From: Takakia lepidozioides
Taxonomy: Eukaryota > Plantae > Bryophyta
Reading direction: 5' to 3'
NCBI GenBank assembly: GCA_030704615.1
Contig: CM060734.1
Location: 34,286,001 to 34,350,000 of the forward strand
DNA length: 64,000 bases
Shown here piece by piece: positions 52,783 through 63,600 of this stretch (position 1 is its first letter; every line of letters begins with the position of its first letter). The notes under the pieces are model-generated. The model saw only the letters and a list, made by a program, of their open reading frames with translations, was not told where the DNA came from and did no database searches. A program made the translations under genes and the position numbers.

Positions 52783-55700
52783 TTGGCTACCCGTTTTCAG
52801 CTTCAGAATGGCTCCATCTTTTTGGAGAAAGAGGTGTACGATTTGAAAGGGAAGTTGTTGAAATACTCTTTCCAAAACCGTGATGAGATGGCTCATGTCA
52901 GCCAGTGGAGAGTGCGCCCTGGTCGATACAGAGTACTTGGAGAGCCTCGGCGAAAGTCCCTTGGGTCATATGTGACGTCCGGGACTGCTGCTTCGATCGT
53001 TGAAGACAAGAGGGAGGTGGTGGTGAAAAAAGAACAGACGTCCTCCACTCCAATTGTTGAGCTTTCGGATTCGTCCGATGATGACATAAGTGAAATTCCA
53101 AATCCAGTCCTTTCTACTATGGTTGGAGAAGCTGATGATGAAGAGATTTGTAGTGTCATTCCAAAATTACGGGCGATGGGAGGAATGGCTGGATTCAAAA
53201 GTGAGTTGCGAGGAATTGATTGGGAATCTTTGAAGCAGGTGCCTGTGAAGTTCTTGCCAGAGACTTTTGATGGCGATATCCTATTCGAGCTGCCTCCTCC
53301 TCCGCGAGTTGGAGGTGTAACAATCATGATGCATGGAATGGACAAGAAACACGACGGGCACCCGTGGTGCACAACAAAAACATCCAATATTCAGAATGAT
53401 GACAAGCTTGTTTTCATGAAAACAGTTTGCAATGGACACCTTAGGTGTGATAATTTGAATTGCAGACACTTTCTTCAGTCCGGGGTTCATAATCAAAGCA
53501 AATGGGAGGGTCTGGCGGAAAATCCATTTCAGCCTGGGACTGCCCCACCACCGGCAAACACTTTCGTCTGCAAATTCTGCAAACTTGTGCCATCCTGCTT
53601 GGCGCTCTGCGGAGCAAGAATGTACTATGTTGTCCACCGTTTGAAAACAATGACAAGAGCTTGTGTGCATTTTGGATTCCATAACCATCCTGTCTCGAAG
53701 GGGGATTACAGGGAGAGTGTTGAGACAGTATCGAGGTTGATTAAACAGGAGTTCGAGAGAAACCCATCCGCAACAACATCTACAATTGCTCTTGGCACAA
53801 GCAAGTCCTTCTTGGAAAGCCATATTTTGAGTGAAGGGGATTCTGTGGGGACTAAACTTGACGGTGCAGCATTGGACCTGGTCATGGATCATTTCTCCAC
53901 TTTGAGTTCACCTAACATTCGGCATCAGATCAATGCATTAAGAATGGGCTCTGGTATCAGAGGCTACATAGACAACATTTTGGAGTTGAAACGAGTGAGC
54001 AAGTACGATTACATCCAGGACAATGTATTCCCAGGTCAAGGTGCCATCAAAGTTTTTCTTTTCAAAATGTCGACTGTTGGGGAGGGCAGTGGGGTTAGCC
54101 TCGTGAAGCGGATGCAGAAGACTGGGGACTTATAGAACTGTTTTCTTATGTTTGATCATGTGAAACGAGTGAAGGATTGGACGATAATGGCTTGTCATGT
54201 CTACGATCCAGTGTACCAACGAGTTATGACAATTGCACTTTGTGACATGCAATCCGAGGATACGGAATCCCAAAAACTCATGTGGAATTCCCTGATACGT
54301 GTCATGGGCTGCCATCTCCAAATTTTGCAAGTTTCATGGCGGATAGTGCTCAAGCAAATTTCAATGCTGTTCGTATTGTCTTCAGATCGGGCGACCCAAA
54401 AGTGCCAATGCGAGGAAGAGAGCGTACATGTCTATTCCATTGGACACAATCTCTGGAAGAACATACAAAGTCGGACATCAAACCAGAGATGCAGACTCAG
54501 CACCGTAAATTGTGCAAAGAGTACAAAGATGCTAGAACAAGGAAGGAGGCGAACACTTTGTTCTAGACAATTCGTGCCTGGTGGTTCTCTTCTGGAGCTG
54601 CATCACTTGAGAGTATGAGAGCATTGGAAGATTGGCTGGCGTTTTGGCACTTCCGGTATAGACAGTGGGGAGCAGCCATGCCAGTGGTACGAGACTTATA
54701 TTTCTTGCTTTATTCATATATTTACTTTCCATTTTATTGTGTCCTCGTTTTCTTTATGTTGTTTTCTGTTCACTGTTTTGAAGTGTGGTTCTCCACTTTG
54801 CAGAACATGTCCATTGAGGAAATGGCGGACATGCCATCTTGCAATTTGGCAGAAACTGTGCACAACGCATGGTTGCAGCAGTCCGGGAAACGAGGTCGGG
54901 ATTTGTATGTGGCAACAACAGATGATTTGATACGTGCCTTGCAACAACAAACCCGATACAGTGATTTCTTGCGAGGTGGGGTTGGTGGCAAGGGTCCGGA
55001 CAAATGAGAGTTGATGTTGTGTGCTGCAAACAGATCTAGGGATCCAATCAAGATAGCACAGGCGGTGAGCATGTATGCCCAGGGAACGCCACTTGTTTCT
55101 AGAGTTCCACATCTTGAAGGGGAGGAGAGATTCGGCTCCTGTAAGAAGAAATTGAACACTTCACCTGGTTCGGATTCCAATTCGCACAGGGCAGACCGTG
55201 ATAACTTCTCGAAGCCTCGTGTTCCCCTGCATGACAGCTCCATGTCCGGAACCTCCATTGTGGAGGAACCTCCAACACGACGGCAAGCTCCAACATCAAA
55301 CAGTGCCACTGAAATGGTGCAGGAGAGAAACAACCCCCTTGATGTGCTTGAGTCCGCATGCCCCGACCACGTTTGGCACATAGAACGCACAAATGTAGGG
55401 TCTCGTGTGAAATGTACACCGATCAGGGCAACTAATTTCGAGAAGTGCACTTCATCTATATCCAGAGGTGGTGCCTGAACTCCTGCTCCGACTTTCACGG
55501 GTTTGATGCGTCCATACGGTCAACCAGAAGCCAAGAACCACAAATTCTGGTTCTGCGCAGATGATTGTGCCAGATGTGTGCATAGAACTGTGCGTCCTTC
55601 CGTAGTGATGAAGCCATCTCCTCCAACCGTTCGGCCCGTGAAGGTGGGAACACATCTTAGATTTCAGGAGATTGAAATGCTGGAGGAGGCAGGCTTTTCC

Positions 55701-56188
55701 CTTGCGAGACAACCCCAACTCCATGCATGTGCTACTACTTCTGCGTCCTCCCGGGTCCCCCCGACAAATCCTGACTTGTGCCAACCAAACGAGATGGAAA
55801 GCTCGTTCAGCGTTTCCCTCCAACCGCTGAACACTTTGGCAAAGTGGAGTCCGCAAGAATGCTCCAAGCTCGTGTTGGAAGCACCACGGAAGTACCCGAT
55901 CCAGGATATGGTCGGGTATTCACAATCATCACTTCCACATCTGTTGTTCATGACAGGAGCTACGACATCACGGTTTCCAATTTCCCCAATTGCACATGTC
56001 CTGATTTTGTGAATATGCTATCAACCAGTTTGGGCAAGAAAGGTAAATTCATATCCTGCAAACATTTGTATTTCATATTTTTGAAGATGATGGTTTGCGA
56101 TCCCAAACGTGACAACTTCATTCACCAGGCCACTATGAGTTTCAACGAGGTCGATACTCTATTGCAGCGGGATACAACACATGGGTAG
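52783..56188 (+). pseudogene. Mutator-type DDE transposase with an N-terminal GCM-like zinc domain and a C-terminal SWIM finger; several stops/frameshifts; start approximate
   Basis: GCM-like DGHPW..TKTSN..CNGHLRC...C..C...C...HFGFHNHP. MULE core MFDHVKR (D1), FMADSAQANFNAV (D2), CLFHW, NLAETVHN (E). SWIM NCTCPDF...CKHLYFIF. Likely intron ~54687-54803. Confidence 0.9.
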
Positions 56189-56808
56189 CATCAACTATGC
56201 AATGTGGTATGTGGACGACCATGATTTGAAATGTGTAATTCACATCAATTCGTCGGCGGTGCAATGATATGGCCTCCAACTATACGGAGTGAGCTCTGAG
56301 TGGCAACTTTTAAAAGCACATTTGTCATTGCACCGTTCGAAGTCTACATGTCTTGTTGTCGCTATGCACTACAATCATCTTTTGAAGATGATCCTAACTC
56401 TCATTGTTATTTGAGGAGGGAGGAAGGTCTTCCCGTGGCAGCCTCTATGGCGCACACTTTGTGAGGATATTTTCTCGTCCTCGTAATTGTAAAAGTGAAA
56501 CAAGCATTTGTAATTGCACAATGTTGGATGCTACAATTGTAGGCCTCATGGTAGTCTTGATTCTATTTAGGCAAGATTCCCTGCATTAATTCCACGGTCA
56601 TAGGACCATCCTTGGTTATAGGCGGCGCATGTTAATGCTGACATGGCAAATGACGGACAGTGCCATGTCATCATTTGCCGCCACACCAGCATGCTGACAT
56701 GACGCTCATGCCACGTCAGCTGGCGTGAGCGTACGCTCACGCCACGTCACTCCTGCGTGAGCGTATGCTCGCGCGCTCACGCGCAACGCTCACGCCATTG
56801 CGTCGTTG

Positions 56809-57927
56809 GTACGGCGAGGCTTTGCGTATGCCCAATGGGGTGGCTAAGCCCCAATCACACACCCCAATCTTGATCTCCTCGGTGCCATCTGGAAAATGCA
56901 ACAAGATGTTGTCGGGGGACAAGTCGTTGTGCATGACACCGTTGTTGTGGACAGCATCCATGATGCACACCAGTGCCCATGCAAGTTTACTACGCACTTT
57001 TCGGAAACGAAGCAAGCGATCGCATTCTTGGAACTCTGCTTCAGTTCCCTTTTGTTCCAAAATCACCCTGTTGTCCAAATCGTTGCCCCATTTTCTGTCA
57101 AGGTTCATCATGTCGCGTATTGTCCCCCCATTCCACCAGCGAGTGTAACCCTCTACCTCACGTGCATTCACAGCAAAGTACGATATAACACCCGGATGCT
57201 GGAACTTCACTGCCAAACACTTGTCGTTATGTTGTCTCAACGCCTTTTCTGGATTTTTGGACTTGGGTTTTGTTTCCGCTAGCTCCCAACGCTCCGGTAT
57301 TCTAGAATCGCCAACAATCCTATAGTAACGGACCTTAGCATATCCTCTTTCTTTGTAAGGGACAATCTCTACCACCTTCGCAGTAGAGTTCAGGTAATAA
57401 AGACCAGTTGTGCCTCCCCCGCCCGATGACCCCGCCTTCCAAGGGACAACCCTAGTCCGGCGATGTGAATTTTGAGTTGCCGAGCAAGCCCAATACTCAA
57501 CACGTCGCATTAACTCAGCTTCGGCGAAGGGCACTCGACCCTCGGTTGTTCTACCCTTCCATGTCTTCGTTAGCTGCCTCAAATTCCACGTGGCGTCTTT
57601 CGCCCTGCTTTGGATCCACCGATTGAACTTCGGCTTGTCCCTGTCCGCCGTCCACTTAGCCCCCGCCAAAGCGTTTGTCATTTTCCTCTCCATATTTTGC
57701 TGAAAATTTTGAAACCCCTCCCATCCATGCCTAACATAAGCACTCTCCAGCCTCATCATGTCCCTACCCTTGAAATAATCCGCTACCACTTCTTTCATCC
57801 TATGCAAGGCATCCGGTCCCGGGTAGTCTGGCTTGTTGACCTGGCTATCCCGCTCGTGGGCACGTTTTCTCTTCCTCCGCCCCCCAGACGATCTCGCCCC
57901 AGAACTTGAATTCACAACCCCCGACAT
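56809..57927 (-). pseudogene. Protein kinase, 5' half (intronless), interrupted by the MULE insertion
   Basis: HPGVISYFA, WWNGGTI, VMHNDLSPDNILLH (catalytic loop), IGVCDWGLA (DFG equivalent). The frame then runs into the MULE terminal repeats. Confidence 0.88.
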
Positions 57928-58449
57928 TGTATAAACCTTTGCCCACTACAGGGTCCAAAACCTCAGAAAAATGACAATGAACGCGTGTGGATGGTATCTT
58001 CGTAGTTTTCTGCAAAAAAACAGGCCGCCGGAGATCCGGAAACGGCAAAATTGTGATACGATGATTGTATCGTGAACAAGTGTGTGGGACTGACCAATAG
58101 AAAACCAACAAAACCTCCAAAACCTCCCCCCCCACATAATCACCTTTGCACCTCCCGTTGGCAGTGCCAAGCAACGAAGTCCGAAAGGACTACAAGATGT
58201 CAAGGAACCGCACCACAAGAGGGACAAAAGTGATCAGAAAAAAAAGGGGGAATGGTTTATATAGGCGCCCACCAGCCCCCCCCCCCCTACTCCCCAAAAT
58301 GGCATTATGCTTGAAAGGCGCGACAGGCCAGTGGCGCCTCACCACGTGCGACTGGCCAATATGGGCGGTCGCTTCATTTAAAAATAAATAAATTACGGAC
58401 GACCACCAATATGCTTCATTTGAAAATAAATAAATTATGGGCGACCGCC

Positions 58450-59577
58450 AAGATGCGGAGATCGTTATACCTTTGCATGTTGGCATAAATGCTATCCACG
58501 CTACGGTTCAACATGTGTGCGACACGTTGCAAGCCTGACAGTGCCCGCTCTACCCGTGCTTCTCTGGAGGCCAAATGGGTCGTCTATTGTACCCAATTCT
58601 CCCAATCGCCATTCAATGGGACCCATGCCTGAATCTCCAGCGTTTTGGACAAGCGCCATGCAGTTGCCATAACAATGTCCCGCTTCTTTGTAACGCGGTC
58701 GACATCTAATATCGGGTTCATCTCCGATTGAATGGCGACCCTCAAGCATTCCCCGGTTTCCAGTACTGGTTATTTTCCTTTCCTCCTTCTTTCATCTGCA
58801 ATTCGTTGTTCCTCAACCATGGTTTCATCGGCCACAGGGTCAAGGACGTCCGTAACTTCCTGAATGATGAGGTCAATACTGCGATCGGGCATCGCAAACT
58901 CCGCGTCCATGTCAACGACGTTTGTTCGAACCTCATTGTGGACAACAGTGCCTTCATTGTTTGGAGGCATGTCTTGCAATCTAGCTTCCAACTCGGCTAT
59001 GCGCAGTGTTTGTCAGTCTAGTCGGTCCTGCAGGGTCCTGATTCGCTGGTCTTTCCGCTAGTTGTTCCTTTAACGTTGCAGCCGGTTGTATTCCGAACGT
59101 GTCCGGGATGTACTCCAAATCGTATAACAACCTTGCGTTCCTCCTACTAGCAGTTTGCCAATTCACTGGACGCAAGAGTATGACCTCCACGTACAACATG
59201 GCTGCCAAAGTGTACGGGATTTGACCCTTTAAGAGAGGTTGACCCCACAATGTGCAATGCACCTCATTCGCCCTATGCTGGAAATGCAAGTTCGTGCAAG
59301 ACCTGGACTCTGCGTAATTGTTTCGGGTTTGCACGTCATGCCTATCCAAAGGCCATAATCGATTGATGTGGTACCATTTCACGAATTTTTTGCATCTCGC
59401 CATCGGCCACCGGAATTCTTCCGGAACATCCTCCCAGCCCTCTTCTGCTAATATGTTAGGGTCACCAAATACTTCCCAATTCAAGTCTTGTCTTGACCCT
59501 TTGATTTTCTTAGGGGGCGGTCCATGTTCATTGGGGTCATCTCCTCCATGACAATCATCGTCCTGGCCCTCTGCCAT
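58450..59577 (-). pseudogene. Uncharacterised TE-accessory-type ORF (frameshifted); N-terminal NLS-like PPPKKIK
   Basis: 198-aa ORF 58981-59577 (...LAAMLYVEVILLRPVNW) continues in a shifted frame through 58770-58991 and beyond. No family can be confidently assigned. Confidence 0.45.
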
Positions 59578-59951
59578 TCTATGACAATCGGAGCAACACT
59601 AAACGAGGTTTTATAAAAAGACGTAACTCTAAACCCTTCCCCCGTTAAGTAGGTTTGAGTAAGTGTGAAAATAGTTCCTAAAAGCTAATTTTGTATAATA
59701 AAATGATCCTGGAAGCCAGAGAAGGGCCTATGGGAGCATTCTGCAACGACCTCACAGAAATCGAGGCAAAAAATACCCCCTCACCCAACCAATGGCCTCT
59801 TTCTCCACGTGACTACGTGTCGTGGAATAATGAAATGCCACGCACACAGAAGTTGTGTGGAGCGGAAGTGAGGGGAGAATAAGCCTCCCTTGGCTTATAA
59901 CCCCCTCCCGCCCTCATTTCTCGGGCCACGTGCAGGGCGAATCTTCTAGAA

Positions 59952-61154
59952 GCGACCCCCAACTTGGCGGTTGCTCGATTTTCCGGAAAATAAAAAAAAT
60001 AAGCGATCGCCAGAACTGGCGGTCGCTCCATTTTCCGAGGAAAAAAAAAACGACCACCAACATAGGCGGTCGCTTCATTTAAAAACAATTTAAAATAAAT
60101 AAGCGACCGCCAACATAGGCGGTCGCTTTATTTTCAAAAACTTTAAGACAAAAAAACTGACCGCCAACATAGGCGGTCGCTTCATTTTCAAAAACTTTAA
60201 AATAAATAAGCAACCGCCAACATAGGCGGTCGTTTCATTTTCAAAAATTAAAAAAAAAAAAAAACAACCGCCAACATAGGCGGTCGCTTTATTTAAAAAA
60301 TATTTAAAATAAATAACCGACCGCCAGCATAGGCGGTCGCTTCATTTTCAAAACATTTAAAATAAATAAGCGACCGCCAACATAGGCGGTCGCTTCATTT
60401 CCAAAATAATTAAAATAAAAGCGACCGCCAGTAATGGCGGTCGCCCCATTTCCAAAAATAAAAAAATAAAAGCGACCGCCAGTAATGACGGTCGCTGCGT
60501 CTTAAAAAATAACCATTACAGCGACCGCCAGAAATGGCGGTCGCTGCATTTTGTAAAAACAAAAATTGCCAGTAATGGAAGTGAGGGGAGAATGACTGGG
60601 GGCTTATATGCCCCCCCCGCCTCATTCCTCGCTCCACGCGCAGGGCAAACCTCGTAGAAGCGACCGCCACCATGGCGGTCGCTCCATTTAAAAACAAAAA
60701 AAAACGACTGCCACAAATGGCGGTCGCTGCATTTATAGAACAAAAAAGAACTTCAAGCGAAGTGAGGGGAGAATGTCCTGGAGCTTATATGCCCCCCTTC
60801 CCCCCGCCTCACTCCTCGCTCCATGCGCATGACACACTTTATAGAAGGGACCGCCACCTTGGCGGTCGCTCCATTTTCATTTTCAAAACAATTAAAATAT
60901 AATCCAACCAAATTTCAATAAAAGCGACCGCCACTAATGGCGGTCGCTGCAATTACGAAAAACAACAATAATGACGACCGCCCAAATGGCGGTCGCTCCA
61001 TTTTGATCCAAAAAAACAAAAAAACGACCGCCAGTAACGGCGGTCGCTTCATTTCCAAAATAATGACTGGGAGCTTGTATGCCCCCGCCCCCCTCATTCC
61101 TCGCTCTACGCGGAGGGCAGACCTCGTAGAAGCGACCGACATCTTGGCAGTCGC
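59952..61154. repeat. Array of 19 GC-rich palindromes GCGACCGCCA-N3/4-(T/A)GGCGGTCGC separated by A/T-tract spacers
   Basis: Copies at 59952, 60003, 60050, 60103, 60157, 60210, 60264, 60317, 60370, 60421, 60472, 60521, 60660, 60704, 60847, 60924, 60974, 61024 and 61132. Confidence 0.95.
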
Positions 61155-61412
61155 TCCATTTAAATAAAAATGAATGCACAGTTGGAAGCATGACACAATT
61201 GTTCTTTATTCCACAAGCAAATCACCGAACACAAACATGAGCAAGTGACGGTGCCTTTGGCCGACATTTTGGCTGGTATACACATGGGCAACATCTTTTA
61301 TTTTCCAACACATATACAACAACAATACAAATACTCATAGTGACAATGATCACATTGGTATTACTTCAGTACAGAAATATAAACATGTCCACTAAAAAGT
61401 GTTGATGCATGC

Positions 61413-63600
61413 CTACAGCTGTTTTGCTTCAATTCCTCTACTGCTTCGACGGCGGGACGAAGAAGATCTTAATCCTAATGTTCCAATGGGTTGAAAACCC
61501 GGGTCACCCTCGACTTCACCACCGTTGCCATGATCAGTGCTGGAATCGTCCTCCCTATCCGACCTCATATGTCTAGGCCTTTGAATCTGCAAGCGACCTC
61601 GAACCACATTTAGTTCTCTCTGAGGTCGACTCTCGCTCCGGTCTTGAATACCATCCACGGTATCTGGCCTGTTTGTGGGCCGACTGCCTACAAAAGGTTG
61701 TACTGTTCTCTGTCGTTTATGGACTTGGGACGCAATCGAAGGTGGTCTCGAAGGAGGTACCGGAGGGGGACTGCCCGAGATGGATCGGCATTAGATAGTC
61801 CGGCATGTGAGGAACCACGGGTCTGCTGCGCAACACGTTGGTTAAGGTGGAATTGTAGTGGCAGGTTGTCATCATCCGAGGCTTCAACTTCCGCCCGGTC
61901 CAATGCAGTAGAATGATGCATGCGTGTGGAAAAGCGATCAACCCTGTTGCTCCTTAAGCCCGTTGTGTTGATGTGAAGCTGGATCGGTTTTGGCATTCTG
62001 ATGGAGCTGGTCGTATCGGCGAGGCATGATCCCGTCCCGTCGACTGTACAATGGGTTCGACACCATCGTTTGTATGAACAGGGTTGTGTACGTCGATCGG
62101 TCCTGGCAGTACATCACCCCTAAGCTCCATTGGGGCACTACCGGTGGCTTCAGCGTGTAGTGGGGGGCGAGGGTCGACCTCAACTTCATTTTGAGGACCA
62201 TGTTCTGGGGATGACACAATTGCAGCTTCATCTTCATCTGCGATACGTATTTCTTCTTCAAGAAGGTCATCAAAGGTCGGCTGGATATAAGCATCATCCT
62301 CTGTGAATGTAAACGGGTCATACGCATTTTCGGGAGCATCATCGGATCCATCTTCACTATCGGAGGCAGGTGATTCCCTCTGAGATGATTCTCTCTGAGG
62401 CTCAGTATCGTCACTCAGCAAATCAGCCTCAGAAGCAGAGTCTTCGGAATGCAAATTCCTCTCATAACATGCTGCAGCATCATCCGCTGCCCTCTCACGT
62501 AGCAGTCGGCAATTGGTATACACATACACCAATTTGTCAGCCCTCGCGGGATTCAACCTGTTGCGAACAAATGAGTAATTGCTCCAATTGCGTTTGTAAG
62601 ATGAGGCAGAACACACTTGAGCAAGAATACACTTCGCAATGGGATCCAATGTTCTTGCTCCAGCTCCAATCAGATCCCACCATTCATGTGGCAGCTTATT
62701 GAGCTCTTTTGGATCCGGCATGTCCTCAAAAGAATCGCGGCGATTTGAGAAGCATTGGTACTCGGATATAGCTCTCTCTGCATGGTTTGGCGGAGCCAGT
62801 GACATGAGCATTCGCACGAGGCCGGCCTTGGCATCAGCGTCGTCTCGGAGCATGGTATTGTCGAGCAAGAATGGATTGAGCAAAGCCCCCGCATAATGCA
62901 AGTCCGTTCAAACCATCGAACGATGGAGGTAAAATGCATCCTCAGCACTGTCTGCAAGTTCAGGTTTCAAAGAGAAGGGAGGATGCATCAAGGATTGGAC
63001 GTGCTTCTCAAGATTTTGCATTAGTAACCATGCCTTGCCCATTACTGGTTGCTTTCCATTAAATTCCTGCAAGACGATTAACACCGGCTCAACCATATAA
63101 ACAAAGTTTTCACATTTCTTCCAGAAATCATCGCTGCGAATGCTGTTTCGAACTTTTCGACTTTTGCCCAATGACTTGGCTTTTCTGGAGTCCCGCAATG
63201 TCCGTGTGTATGCATCCCATTGAGGATCGATGATGGTGTGCTCCAGACTGCTCTTTACCGTCACCAACCGATCCACCATCAAGAAGTTAGTGACAAAACG
63301 AGTTTCGTCTGGATTGCGGAGGCTGTATTTGGGTTCGTGCCTCCTATATATTGCCAAAGGGATGTGGTGTATGCGGATGAACGACATAACAGTCTTCGCT
63401 CGCTTGACAAGTTGTTTCACCCACTGTTCTTTTCCCCAATCTTTCAAAAGGAGGTCAAGGATATGAGCAGCACAACCTTGATAGTACATATGGGGATAAC
63501 GTGCGAACAACATGTCTGCAGTGTTTCTCATGTTAGCGGCATTGTCGTTGATGCTTCACGTCAGAGGCACCACAGTGCACATGAGATCTCATGTTGTGGC
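61413..63600 (-). pseudogene. hAT-superfamily transposase (DUF659 + hAT dimerisation domain), decayed, with a long acidic tail
   Basis: DNAANMRNT...YPHMYYQGCAAHILDLLLKD, ETRFVTNFLM, LHYAGALLNP, WWDLIG...ILAQVCSASSYKRNWS...RNRLNPARADKLVYVYTN. Confidence 0.9.

Larger units (their letters stand above)
45315..56808. mobile_element. Mutator-like element (MULE), 11,494 bp, carrying a transposase and a ParB-methyltransferase gene
   Basis: 9-bp TSD GTACGGCGA at 45306-45314 and 56809-56817. Left end CAGGGATGCCTCGGTGTGAGCCTGGTCACGTGAGCGC aligns with the right-end reverse complement CAACGACGCAATGGCGTGAGCGTTGCGCGTGAGCGC. Subterminal CGCTCACGCCACGTCAC at both ends. Removing the element restores the kinase frame. 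Confidence 0.92.

Noticed and set aside
56737-56808. C-terminus of the kinase ORF as given in the ORF track (RRNGVSVARERASIRSRRSDVA)
   Set aside because: This is read-through into the MULE right TIR. The real C-terminus lies at 44967-45314.
59952-61154. CRISPR-like appearance (palindromic repeats at regular spacing)
   Set aside because: Spacers are low-complexity A/T tracts related to each other rather than unique sequences, there are no cas genes, and the context is eukaryotic.
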